The position numbers and the translations under genes were made by a program. A DNA stretch of 62,606 bases, the filler included, from Dicyema japonicum (taxonomy: Eukaryota > Animalia > Dicyemida): NCBI GenBank assembly GCA_011109175.1. It is 5 parts of 5 records of this genome, joined end to end, with 100 filler letters (N's around TTAATTAATTAA, not from the genome) between each part and the next. Parts side by side here need not be neighbours in the genome. Positions count along the whole stretch, not along the records: positions 1 to 21,260 come from RDEW01000180.1; positions 21,361 to 49,664 come from RDEW01000103.1; 3 more parts are not named here. One strand, written 5' to 3'. Shown here piece by piece: positions 13,201-25,275 of this stretch; within the stretch, counting starts at the first letter, position 1; every line of letters begins with the position of its first letter. The notes beneath the pieces are model-generated. The model ran no database searches and had not been told where the DNA came from. It was given only the letters and a program-made list of their open reading frames with translations.

Positions 13201-13520
13201 CAAAAAATATTTAATTTAAAAACAATAGTTAAAATATGTAAAAATTTTTTAACCATAAAAAGTTTATTGTACGAAACAAACAGAAAGAAAAAGCACAGTT
13301 AAAATCTGGCTGCATTATGTAAAATATGTAATATTTTTTTTATAATTTTAAGCGTCTGCACCAAAATCGTGGGGGGCCGCCGTTGAGAATCCCTGATCTA
13401 AAGTCATCGCTGCTAAGACAACTTTTTTTAACAATGCCATCCCCATAAGGAACGATTTAAATCATTTTGTTAAAATTCCCGAATAGAGTGTTCATTGATT
13501 AAATGTATCACGTGGTCCCT
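10260..13520 (-). pseudogene. Probable ANF/Venus-flytrap receptor pseudogene (class C GPCR or receptor cyclase type) interrupted by hAT
   Basis: Removing the hAT gives continuous MALLKKVVLAAMTLDNKAFTPSNNLFL, then a 33-nt gtaag..cag intron, then IIGDTSRSLEDF...IYISSSTLQLKKDLFPRSYQL*PINVDAY. This resembles the VIG..S / ISY.ST..LS.K..FP motifs. Further 26-32 nt introns and in-frame stops follow. Confidence 0.35.
11200..13395 (-). mobile_element. Full-length hAT (Buster/SPIN, GTF2IRD2-like) transposon with frameshifted transposase
   Basis: TIRs caggggttctcaac (11200-11213) and gttgagaatccctg (13382-13395). Perfect 8-bp TSD ATCTAAAG at 11192-11199 and 13396-13403. ORFs 12180-13181 (BED finger, SIALDITKD), 11561-11965 and 11321-11530 (STYACEALFS). 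Confidence 0.95.
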
Positions 13521-14629
13521 TAACTGAATCACAGACAAGCTCATCTAAGCCTTTAATTTCTATCAGGACAGAAAGAATACAAGGAAATTTGTGACCCCCT
13601 AATCATCAGCTCTACTAGTTAACAAGTCACTAAGAACAGCACCAGAGAACAATCTCAGACACAAAGAAACATAAAGTCTTTTAATACTGACCAGACAAGT
13701 GGAGTCTTAAAATATTAGCTTTGTAGTAAGAAAGTTATTCTGAGAGAAATACAACAATCGTTTAAGAGTGAGACTGACTCAACTAGAAATTTATATATTT
13801 AAGGACTGAGATTTGTCAACTAAAGTGGTAAAGGTAATAGTTCTATCTATGAGAGCCTTAAAGAGGTTTATAAGTCATTCTTATACAATTTTATTTTTAT
13901 ATGAACAACTCCGAGCTCATCATATCTGCATTCTATCACGGAGGAATGTATCCTGTTCAATTTGTCAGTCCTACTTAAGACATATCTGTGATCAAGTTCC
14001 TGAAATTATGTCCGGTAGGTGTTCACAAGGTTCAACAGGTGGTGGAGAACAGTTGATGCTTTTTGCGTAAAAAATCCTCTACCATGTTTTCCAGCACAAT
14101 ATGTCAGATTCAGTCTCTCTATGCATAATGTTTTTGTGGAAAGTTCTGAAAGTTAAAATTTTTTCCACCTTTTCCTTCTCAATCCTCCTTCGAATAGAGC
14201 ATCAATTTATTTCGTATAGCAAGATCTTCTCATTAAGGATTTGCGATCCATAACGTCTACACAGCGTCTCACAGTGGAGCCTATTTCTCTCCACGACCTA
14301 ATCCTGATATGGAATCACTGTTTTTGTAGTATAAACGCTCTGGTAAAACGTCACAGAATTCTTTAAGAAGTTAATGGTACGGACATTCTTCCCATTCATT
14401 CTGCACTCCCATCTTCCTATTCATTCTTTAATAATAAGGAGATTCAGATCGACCCTTGGAAAATTAAATTTGAAATCATCTTTTGTAAAATTAAAGGCAA
14501 AAAACCCTTAGTAAATGTTTAGGGGTTGTCTTGACCGTCTGCCTCCGTTACTTCAATAGTATTTTCCACGATAGTATTGAACCCCGGAATCCCTCTATAT
14601 TTCTGAAACGGACAAACACCTAAAAATAA

Positions 14630-15030
14630 AAGCAGCAATTTATTTGTGGATGAGTGAGAGATTTATTCTTCTAATTTGTTGGCCACCTGAATTCCACGAT
14701 TATTTTCTAGGTTTCTCGTAAATCAATATTCTTAATAGACGTCTGTAACTGACAACGACCAAGAAAACTGATCATTTTGATTTTCAAATCTACAAAAATA
14801 ACCTAACCTATAGCTTTAGGATCAATCAGATCAACTAGAAATCTCTAATTAGTAAATCTGCAACAATACGACTCAAATCGTCATATTGTTTCAGTGGCAC
14901 TGCGTAGTGGCAAACATTGTAGTAATTTACCACTTACGAATAATGTATCTTTCAATTCCTCAAAGTCAACAACTTTGAGATAAAGCTTTCCGTCAATAAT
15001 AATAAAATTTTCGTTTTTTTAGGCAGTAAT
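14630..15030 (-). mobile_element. Decayed Ginger-like integrase fragment
   Basis: ENFIIIDGKLYLKVVD followed by a frameshifted VDLID core region; similar to 4130-4460 and 62330-62500. Confidence 0.35.
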
Positions 15031-15819
15031 TTTTAACTTTAGAAGTATTTACGTTTTGATCTTCAAGGATTGATTTTAGAAGTCGGTACTCTTCATTATC
15101 TTTGACAAAAATCCTGCTATAGGCCATTAGGTCATAATCTTTATATGTAAAAATAAAATAAAGTTATTGATTAAGTTTTAGTTAAAATGACAGTTATGCT
15201 GAAAGCTGTCAAAGTATCATCCTCGGCTCAGTGTCGACTTGGGCTCGCGACTAATGTAAAGTATTGAAAATTGGCTTTCGAAATTAAAATATTGAATGCA
15301 CAATAAAACTGAATAACGTACCTGTCAATCAAATCAATGTGGAGAAAAGGCAAAGAATCTGTCAGAAAAGGAATTTCAGACATTAAACAAAGAAATTGAA
15401 GAATTTAAGAAAACGAGCAACTGAGCACATTGGCAGTTTCGGGAGTTCAAATTAGGAAAATGGAGATGAAGATGATCTTGGAGAACGATAAGTACCAAAA
15501 CGCCGAACTGAAAATGCAAGTCGAAGGTACAATAAATTACACAGCAAAAAGTCAAATACGAGCTAGAACTCTCCTCTAGTTAAAAGCACTCCCACGTTTC
15601 CCATGAACATACGAATACTTAGGGTTTCGGTTTATCCTTTCCCAACTATCCTTTCTACTAGTTTCTAACATCCAACTGTATAGTAGACAAATTGAGAGTA
15701 CGTTAAAGACTAGAAAAGTGTCAACCATTCAACCAAAAGCAATTATAAGATGATACTTTAAGAGAAAATTCACTAATTTATTATTAATAGCAATGAACAG
15801 AAAAGTTAACTAATTTGAG

Positions 15820-15950
15820 ATTCCACTTTTGCCATGCATCTCTGGACACGCGCTGTAAGTCATTTCCATCCTTCCCTGTTTCTCGCATCCGCCATCAGAT
15901 CATCCAATAGTGAACAGGGAAGATTGAATGCATGAAGAAGACATCTTGTG
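15820..15950 (-). mobile_element. RTE C-terminal remnant
   Basis: LLDDLMADARNREGW, resembling the RTE ends at 32504-32713 and 54751-55023. Confidence 0.4.
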
Positions 15951-16299
15951 CAAGAGACACGCCACACCTCAACCAAGATTCACTAATTTAGTGTTACTTT
16001 GATTCACCCTTCAGTTATTTTTGAATAATTATGCAAATTGAATTATCGATATTTTCTAACCAAGGCTTAATAATCAAGTTGTGATAAAAACACTGCTATC
16101 TAATTATTGATTCTTGGCCCCTTCTTGGAAATCGACCCATGGTGGATCAACTCTAACATTGCTTTGATACCAATAATCACTGTCATCTATTTTGGGATAG
16201 CACGTACATAAAATTGATTAATACTTAAAAACTGGGGCAGACTCACAGAACAGAATTCACAACCATTTAATTAAAAGGGGACGAGGCTAATAGGCAATA

Positions 16300-17060
16300 T
16301 GGCCTCTCAGTAGTCTCCTCATCTTAGTCGACGTTCTTCCCTACTTGTGCATTCTCTGTATTCTCGTTGCCCAGGTAGAAACTCGCCTGAGATGAACAGT
16401 GTGCCAGACATCCTAACTCAAAGGGGTACGATATTTACATAATAGTTTCTTGAAAATGAATCAGTTATAGAATATTGGAGGCAATCTTGGCAGCCAGCCT
16501 TCTGAAGTCAAACCCGACCGCAACTGGTCGTACACCGCCGTCATTCTTATCGCATGGTATCAAGTTTGAGGAAAGCAGGAAGTGGTTGACAACTTAAGGG
16601 TTCATAAACGAGGTAGTTGAATTCGTGAAACGAAGTCCTGAATCTCATAGAGACAAAGAAGTTAAGTCTTTCAGATGGTCCGGTCTGATTCCGTTGAGCC
16701 CTGCTCTGATACTAGGGCAAAATTCCGTATTGCGAGGAGTACTTCATCTTTTGATGCTATCAGGGGACGCACTCCGGCTAAGGGAGCGACTGGGCGTAGG
16801 TTGTAGGGCCGTAGGGGATGCTTGCTCAACAAATATTGTAGGCGACGAGAGTTGGTTTTAGCGGTCAACTCGAAGAAAGTGCCTTGAAAACTTCGCAGGT
16901 TCCAACGTAAATTAACATGAAACGAAAGTTATCTTAAATTAACTAAAAGGTAAAAGACGTCCATTACTTGCAGTTGTGGAAACCCCTCCAATACAGTGGG
17001 GGAGAGCAAATGATCCTTTTCTGTGCCAACATGGCACTGATCACATGACGCCACTCTAGT
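16300..17060 (-). mobile_element. CRE-clade RT N-terminal fragment
   Basis: SKHP...EVLLAIRNF...KLIPCDKNDGGVRPVAVGFDFRRLAAKIA. Confidence 0.75.
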
Positions 17061-18589
17061 AGGTAAGGGAAAGAGGAACAGACAAAACAAACAGAAAACT
17101 TCAACCAATTAGTCACGTATCACCACATAGCGCCAAGGAGAGATATAAAATCCAAAAGGTTTAAATTAATTATATATTAATAAAATATTATTTTTTATAA
17201 ATTTCACTTCGAACCGAAATAGGAATAAAATGTGAAAACATTAAAACTAAAATGGTATTGCAAGAAAAGGACAGGTACTGTTAAATCGTAAAGTTGAAGA
17301 CTCCCAGCTCACGTCTACGAGTACCTCACCATATTGGAGCGGGCGAAATAGCCGAGAATTTTATAAAAGAGGTACAGATTTGATTAAATTTAGATTAAAT
17401 ACGAAGGACCAGTACAGATTGGAGAGTCTCCTGGCTTTCTTAAACAATGGTGGTAGTAAGTGATTTATGGGAACTTTAGTATCTTCTATCCTATCTACTT
17501 CGACTGCACAAATCCTCCAAGTTTTTGCTGATCCTCACCTTGAAGTACCTAGTTTGTTAACAGATATGCCGTACTTTAACGAATCCCACTTTAATTACCT
17601 AACAGACCTGGATTCCTTCACGATTCCATCCCTTGGGCAGGACACTATGCTACAACCACCGTTTTCAGGTTACCCCCAATTCCCATATGAGGAGTTTAAT
17701 TCTAACTCACTACATAATCAGAATTAGTTTAAATATTGATTTCTGTTAGTTGCTTCACTTAAATTTAATTTTTTGGTTGATAAAATGGAATAATTCTTTT
17801 TGGATATTTGCATTTGTGGATGCTGATGTCACTAATTTCCCTGAAACAATGGTGGATGTTGTTAGATTGTTATTAGTAAAGCTCTCTACGAGACCCTAAT
17901 TGAAGAGATCAGAGACCAGCCGGGGAAACTCACCGGTCAGACGCTTCAATGTCTCGGCCTTTCCAGCGATTGAACAGATATTGTTAGCACTCTGAGGGAG
18001 GATGTTAGAAGTAAAATTTTCCTACACATAACGTCCAGTCTAGGGACTTCCCAGCAAACGGAAATATGGTCATTTCATCGGACGTTTTCCATCTCCACCA
18101 TTTATCTAGAATGACAGACTACCTTAGTCTCAAGCTTGAAACTTCCACTTACATTATATTTTTTCTATTCAATCCCTTTAAATATTTTTTTGATATTATT
18201 GGTAAGAATATGAGATTTGGGAAGATATGTCACGTGGTTTTATCGTTGGTTTGTTTCTTTAATTAACCAGGGGTTAAAGTTATTTAAACAATTGGTTAAT
18301 TGGTTGGAGGATTGAGGTGGCCTACATCTATCGCACGAGATATCAACTTCCCTTCATGACGGATGAAACCCCATGTTTTCATTCTCGTGAGCATGGACGA
18401 GGCAATCGACTCAGGAGAAATCGGAAACCTTAAGTTCTAAGCAAAGGAAGTGAGCGTTGGATGCTCTTAATAATCCTGTGTGGCCAAAAAATTGGAAGAG
18501 TACGGGGGGTCATTTGTGAGCAGCTACACTATATATGGTGATAATCGATAATCCCTTACCTTATAAATTAGTTTTTTTTATTTAACCCA

Positions 18590-20760
18590 AACCACGGTAA
18601 AAACAAATTAATTATCACGTGATTCCGATGCATTCTAACAGAGACATAATTTTTGCCCGTTGTTCTTCCTTTGTGCCCGCGCATGCACGTTCAAGACAGC
18701 TGCCTTAATTTTCAGGTCATCTTCCAGTTATCTGGAATCTAGTCTCATAAGGGACTCCAGAAGCGTAGATCCGGTTCGGTGATCTTCACAAATCCAACGC
18801 TCCGTTACTCCGTAAACCGTCTTTTGCAGTACCTCAATTTTCCTCATATTTGTCCAACCCCAAGAGGCGCATGCATATGAGAAACATGGCTCGATGTACT
18901 GTTTGTACACGTTCATCAAGACTGGGTGAGTATTACTCTTCCATATTCCCGATAAACTATTTAATACGTCCAGTTTCTTCTCGCATTTCAATAGAATGTT
19001 TTCTACGTGTGGTGTCAAACAGAGATGCATATCATTTGTCACACCCAAAGATCTTTTGACATTTGTTGAAATGGATGTCGACCTTGTTTAACTTCAAGGT
19101 GACTGCCTTCCCTCCAATCTTTTGTCAAAGGTAAATAGTGAAGTAGACGACTTCTCTGCATTCACCACGAGCCGGTGTTCCATTATCCAGGCATTAAGCC
19201 TATCCAGGTTAATTTGTAATCTTTCTGTGGCCTTCTAAATGTCCTGATCTCGCGAAGCCAACAAAATATCGCTCAATCTGATTTCTCATCCTCTCTTGTA
19301 CGCCTTTTGGATCAAACGAGGCTTCCCTGTGGGATGATTTGGGGAATAGAATTGGAGCAGGATGATGTATTTCTTTTTCATAAGACACGTCATGGCTGTG
19401 TAATTTGGAGTTGTAGTTCATGCACAGGGAAGCAAATCCCTTTCCATTTGTCGGATAAGGTATTCAAGTGATGAGTGGATTAATTTTTTAGTTCCCAAAA
19501 ATACTAATAGTAGTGGCTATTAAGGACTGAATGTCGCTGATTTTCTGTTTGTTCGTCCAGGACAGATTGATTCCCATGACACACAGGCATAGCTGACAGA
19601 TGGCTCAATGAATTGTTGTACAATAACTTCAATGCTGGGAAAGGGGTTTTAGTGCCACCAAAAATAGATTTGATTATCCCTAGCTTTCTTGAGCAGCTTC
19701 CGAGGATGCCGTCTACATGAGATGAAAAGGGCATGTGTGTGTTGAAGGTGATCCCAAGATTTTCAGTTTCTTCGTGGAAGGTAATTTTGTCTGGTTGATA
19801 AATATATCCACGGTCATTTGTCCAAGGTAAGTAAGGAGAAAGATAATTTTCAGCAGACATATCAAGTCGGTTACGAATGTCGTTCCCAAATTATGGAAAA
19901 ATAATTTTATTTTTTAATAAACAAAAAACAACCTTCATATCCAAAAAACAAATTCAGGTGATCCCAGCCTCCCTTAGCAGTCTTCGTATCTTTTCTCGTG
20001 TTCCGACTGAGTTTCCTGCGCATTTTCGAAATGGACGGGGTCCGCATACCGAGTCCTTCCGTAGGGGCACTGTTCCACTCGCCTCTATCATATTTTCTAG
20101 GTTTCTAGGCAAGATTTCCACTCGAATATTTCTTTAGTAGGTTTGCTGGCTTCACTTGAATGTTGGATGTTTGTCCAAAAATTCTTTGAAGAAAGGGTTA
20201 GATCCCCAGATATTACATGCGTATCCTATTGTAGCCTCGATGAACTGTTTGTATATGACATCCAGACCACTCAGATCTTTTATGTATCTTTGGTCTCCCA
20301 AGAACGCTTTCAGGAAGTTGATTTTTCTCGTACAAATCAATAACATATTTTCGACATGTTTTTTAAAGGTTAAGGTGTCCAAAGGTGACTCCCATGATTT
20401 TCTGGTTATTTTTAGGGTAGGTGCTCCGTCTTCGGAAATGTCGAATCTTCTCATCCAATTGACGTCAATTGATACTTTCCCTAGTCTTTCTGTTTGTCGT
20501 GAATAGGTTGACACCGACTTCTCTGGGCTAGCAGTCAATTGATTTTCCCAAAGCCATAATTCATATTGTCCTGTATTTTTCTCGTTGCTTCCACAATACT
20601 CACATCCCTCGAGGCAATGACTATATCATCAGCATACGTTAATAGTAAGTCATCGTCCCCCTGAGGGAGTGGCAAGTCATCCATCATAACGTGAACAATA
20701 GGGGAGATAATGGGGAAAAATAATTCACCATATCGGTACGCAAACCGAACAAGCTCACTT
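18590..20760 (-). mobile_element. Three head-to-tail 5'-truncated I/Ingi-like LINE fragments (about 19930-20760, 19250-19860, 18590-19240)
   Basis: SPLLFT...LLTYADD near 20640. Three post-RT segments (LGITF..HV, TFKKHVE, LTPHVE...YKQYIEP..SYAC..W). 3' UTR motifs at 19954 and 18615. Confidence 0.75.
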
Positions 20761-20939
20761 GTTATTTGCTAGGGTTTTCAATAAGTCAAAGTCGTCGGCG
20801 GATTCGAGTAGTTTTTAACTCTTTTCAGCTCCTTTTGAAGGACAAAAGACACTGTTACTCTAGGCCTTTCACGGAAACGACTCTATTGACAAAATAGTAA
20901 TCTTCCATAGCTCTGTTCGGTGGGATGCCAATCCATCCT

Positions 20940-21260
20940 CAGAATGTGGCCAAATAGTCTTCAGCGAAATTCAATTACCTCCAGGCTTGTTGGCTTAGAT
21001 CCGCATTTTTTTATATTCATTTACATGAGATTCTGGTCCACCATTCCTGTTATTTTTCTTGCAGGCTCCTGTCTCACTTCCTCATTTAAAGTAGCCCAGG
21101 TCCCAGTGTTGTATAGCAGAATAGGTTTTATAAGCGAATTGTATAGCTGTATCCATATTTTGATGCTGATCATTTTCGTTTAATCCATAGATTATTTATG
21201 CATAACCGCATTTACTAGGGTTTTTCTTCGTATAATATCTTCACTTTTTCATAGAAGGGG
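20940..21260 (-). mobile_element. RTE post-RT fragment
   Basis: IQLYNSLIKPILLYNTGTW, homologous to 54453-54830 and 32667-32984. Confidence 0.65.
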
Positions 21261-21360
21261 NNNNNNNNNNNNNNNNNNNNNNNNNNNNNNNNNNNNNNNN
21301 NNNNTTAATTAATTAANNNNNNNNNNNNNNNNNNNNNNNNNNNNNNNNNNNNNNNNNNNN
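21261..21360. other. Artificial 100-bp scaffold linker (44 N, TTAATTAATTAA, 44 N); same 12-mer linker in gaps at 49709, 54115 and 56886
   Basis: The same six-frame-stop 12-mer sits inside four N-runs. Confidence 0.95.
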
Positions 21361-21439
21361 TTATTAATATTAAATTTATCTTATTAATTCAAATAATAAA
21401 TAAAATTGGCACTTTAGAATCATTGTGTTTTGTTGCTTA

Positions 21440-21811
21440 ATGGCCAACCCAGTAATTTTCAAAGAAAATAAAGTAAATGCAACTCAAAGCAAATTAACTC
21501 CAACAAATGAAGTTAAAGAAGATGACTTCAAAATAATATCAGACGATTCAGTACAGTCAGACAAAATCGAGACGATGGACATTCAATCACTAACACGAAA
21601 ATTTGATGACTGTCGGGAAAAGTTTAATAAGAATACAAAATACCTTGATGATCTACTCGAAATGTATGAAGATGAAACACAAACTCAAATTGATTTAATA
21701 AACCAATATAAGGACAAGTCATTCAATTATTCGTTAAATTTCACCATAAATGATCTACTCTGCTTTGATGTTGATTCTTCTGAACACATATTGGAGGATT
21801 CATCCTTCTGA
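21440..21811 (+). CDS. Hypothetical acidic, possibly coiled-coil protein (123 aa from ATG 21440)
   Basis: Stop-free 372-nt ORF in very AT-rich DNA with Asp/Glu/Lys-rich composition. No transposon motif recognised. Confidence 0.4.
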   Translation: MANPVIFKENKVNATQSKLTPTNEVKEDDFKIISDDSVQSDKIETMDIQSLTRKFDDCREKFNKNTKYLDDLLEMYEDETQTQIDLINQYKDKSFNYSLNFTINDLLCFDVDSSEHILEDSSF

Positions 21812-22599
21812 CTTTAGTTTTGATTTATTACTTGTTTGACTATGCTCTCTCCTGCGGTTTATATTACAATTAAGTTTTATCTTATCCGTTTTATTCTATG
21901 ATTATTAATGGTAGTTTTCAATAAACTGTATTTTAATTTACAATAGATTACTATTGAGAGGTTGGTGTTATGGATTTATTTATCGATAAATTTGGACGCT
22001 CTTAAATTTTTGGACTCCAAAAAACCTGGAGAAACAGCGTGGGATGATCTTTTAGGAATATTGTTGTGGTGATCAAACTGAAATCAGATAAAAATTGGCA
22101 GTTGTGATTAGCCTTTCCACCTACAAGCGAAATTGGTGCATGGCTCGGATGCGGGGAGACAGTTGGCGTTGAAAATTTACTCCATCATCTGCTGGCAGAG
22201 CGTGGGAGGAGTTTGATGCAAATGGTGATAAAACAAATAATCGCGGAAGGATTAGAAGCCGTTGATATCAACTTGAACCCCCTGGAGTTGACAGTAAGAT
22301 TCTGCGGGACGATTCCTTCCATGGCAGGATGGGAAATACTCTGTCTGGGACGCCTTTTGTGTCGCTGGATTTTCCATTTCCAACTTAAGGCTGACAGCTC
22401 CAGGCTCAGCCTAAGAGAGAGGCTTAAATCCTTAAAAAATACACGACCAAAAGAGGATAGTTCATTTTCAACCTCTTGAAGCCGAAACCTCTGGGATTCT
22501 ATAACTCAAATCGCTTTTTTCTCTACGTGTCATTGCATCGTTGATAGTAAAATAAGAGAGAAATCCGAGATAAATCATAAAAGGAAATTATTATTCCCC

Positions 22600-22900
22600 C
22601 AAAATCACAAAGAATCCCCATTTAGCTAAGTGATCCCGGTGAGGACGGGCATCTTGAACCACTCTGCATAACGGGGTTGGAGTCCTTCATATCTTGAATG
22701 ATTTTTGAGATATTTTACAAAAATCTTGTCGAGGGTGTTGTTTAATAAGTTGACCTTCCTCACGGGTAAAAAAACTTTGATTAATAGACTGGGAATTAGA
22801 TATGATTATCCTATTAGCGGCTTTTTGGATTTTGATCAATTTATTCATATGTCAATACTGATCGGGCGACACTCTCAAAAAAATTTTTTATCTCAATCGT
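22600..22900 (-). mobile_element. LINE 3' fragment
   Basis: KLIKIQKAANRII (post-RT LQxxQNxAxR-like), then ccgggatcacttag and an AT-rich tail. Confidence 0.45.
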
Positions 22901-23269
22901 AAGAGATGCTTACTAATTTACGTTTTTATTGGTAAAATAAATCTTTAGTATTTATGTTTCAAACAAATTCGATGTAATTTTATCGCAGTAGAAATGTCAG
23001 GCTCCATCACGCTCTCGACTTATAATTCCTGAGTTGACTAATAAATTGTGCACTGAAAATCTCCGCTATGCTGCTGACTATTTAAACAAATCTTGCTGAC
23101 TGTTGAATGTAAAGATAAATAATTTGCCACAAATAATTTTATATTAACTTACGTCATACAATGTGATGAACTCGCGTACATGGATCGAAAAAAACATAAG
23201 TTCATAAAAATATTGGTTTATAAATTAACTATATCATATCTGCTACTAATGATATGCGGTGAATTGGTA

Positions 23270-23470
23270 AGAGTCATCAAGAAGCATGAGACATAAATAT
23301 CTCGGTATTTTGGAAACGCCAAAATCCTTTGTCTCGAATGAAACAAAAAAGCATTGGTGGAGGGAATGAAGGAAAATGCAGACCGAATTTTGAAACAGGT
23401 CTAAATGCAAGAAATTTATTCTAAACATTGAACGAGCATACAATTTTCCAGCTTAATTGCTACGTCAGAT
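23270..23470 (+). mobile_element. R4/NeSL-like RLE retrotransposon, RT C-terminal fragment
   Basis: KYLGILETPK...LNARNLF...NEH. Confidence 0.55.
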
Positions 23471-24619
23471 AGGTTGAGTTCGAACCAGCGAGGTCGAATT
23501 TAGTATACATCTATAGTTAAGGAATAAGCATGTCCACATAAGGCTGTACATGTCTAAGTAATGTAGTCCACATGAGTGAGTAGCTGTTGCCGGATATACT
23601 GCTGAAGTTTTTTTTCTAGGCACCAACATCTGAGAGAAAGATGGCAATTTTGGATGTAACTCAAATACAAAACTTACTAACTTAGATACCACTGTCACAT
23701 AAATAAAATACTGCACTTTACGAAGATCCATATTAGTCATAGATGATAAGAACCAAAATATGCTCTTTACTTACTTTTTTTTTATTGAAGTCAGTTCAGT
23801 TCCGCAGTGAGATGTTCACTGATGATTTAGTCACTTTTCAAGTCAAAGCATCAGATTCGAAGTATGGCCTATCAGGTGTCTTGCCAGGCACTTGTTACAT
23901 TACGCTACCAGATATATAAAATTGTCGCATATCTAGCCTCTAAAATGACCTTAAACAGAGTCTTATTGTGAAGATGATAGATTACAAAGTACTACTTTAA
24001 TTAAAGACCTGCGTTAAAGACATTCATACTTTTCTCTTTGATGGCTTTAAGAACTTTCAAATGGATGAGAATGCGTCATCAATATAGCTCCATCATGAAA
24101 ACATAAGCTTTTGGTCTAAGGCGCTTATGACTTTCTTACGAGAAGGCATTTTTTCTCTTGGTAATAAATTGCAAACAATAAATGAAAACCGTGGAACAAT
24201 TAGTTACAAAGTGCGTCATTATGCTGAACCACGGCTAATGAAGTTGAGAGATCTATTCACCTACTTATGTGCTATATGCATAAGGTGAGCAATATGCTTA
24301 ATCAGTCTAGATCTACTTTTTACATTTCTCTCTTAATGATTGTTTACGGTTAGCTCTTAGATTAGGTATAAAATCGAAGAATCAGAACAGTCGACATAGA
24401 ATCCACTTTATCTTCCCCCTGTTTCTCGATATACAACTATAGGAACTATGTGACCATGTACTGATTACCTGTGGAAAAATAGAGTAGAAAATAATAGATA
24501 GATATACTATGATGGCAATATTGCTAAACCACCCGTTGTCACAGTCGAAACCTTTACTAGAAATCATCCAAAACTTGCTGACCAAATAAATTAGTCATAA
24601 CATAAAGTGTCTTTTATAC

Positions 24620-25090
24620 GTTTATCTCCCAAACAAAGATTATGAACAATAAACCAGACATTTTCTTAATGGACAAGTTAAAGAGAAAGATAACACTAAT
24701 TGAAATTGGAATCATTTCACAGAAAAAATTGAAGAATGTTGAAATTGAAAAATTCCACAATTACGATCAAGCGAACTTGCTTTATTGCACAAAGAGAAAG
24801 TTACAATTATCTCCGTTGTTTTAACCTGAGATAGAATCGTCACCAAATATTAAAAACATTATCTTAATTCCCTTAAAAATTGAATACCCGGTCAGAGCAT
24901 ATATACAGACCATTACACTAAAAAAACTCTTGAAAGTATGTGTGTTGATTATAATAATAATAATTAAGCACTACCGCGGTGCCATAAGCACGTAAAATGC
25001 CTAGGGTTTCGCTCGTGCAGAACACACACTTTATTTAAGTAAAGAACAGTTATTATAACTAACCGTAGAGGGATAACCAATGCTCTTCAC
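24620..25090 (+). mobile_element. R4/NeSL-like RLE endonuclease and 3' UTR
   Basis: NNKPDIFLMDKLKRKITLIEIGIISQKKLKNVEIEK (PD-x-E-K nuclease), then IVTKY...AYIQTITLKK in shifted frames. Confidence 0.75.
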
Positions 25091-25111
25091 TTTTTTGTTT
25101 TTTCTTTTTCT

Positions 25112-25275
25112 TGTGTGTATGTCCTAGTGGTTAGGTGTCGGGCTAAAGTGGCTTAGGTCACGGGTTCGATTCTAGCTGCTGTTCACCTGGTGGAAAGTTC
25201 CACGCATCTACGATGCGGAAAGGACTTAACGAGTGTCGCCGTCATCAGTGGAGAATCACTGCGGAGCTGGATAAT
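25112..25275 (+). ncRNA. tRNA-derived SINE or Pol III-type small RNA (not a canonical tRNA)
   Basis: A box TAGTGGTTAGG (25125-25135) and B box GGTTCGATTC (25163-25172). Hairpins at 25190-25203, 25204-25216 and 25246-25261. Acceptor and anticodon stems do not pair properly. Confidence 0.55.

Noticed and set aside
13520-14400. Possible Ty3/gypsy pol remnant (KEFCDVLPE, GAVLS)
   Set aside because: Motifs are too short and broken to support a call without an HMM search.
21305-21316. TTAATTAATTAA palindrome recurring four times
   Set aside because: Always inside N-runs; it is a synthetic six-frame-stop scaffold linker.
23802-23830. CTGATGA as a hammerhead ribozyme core
   Set aside because: No stem II-GAAA or UH cleavage triplet in the required geometry.
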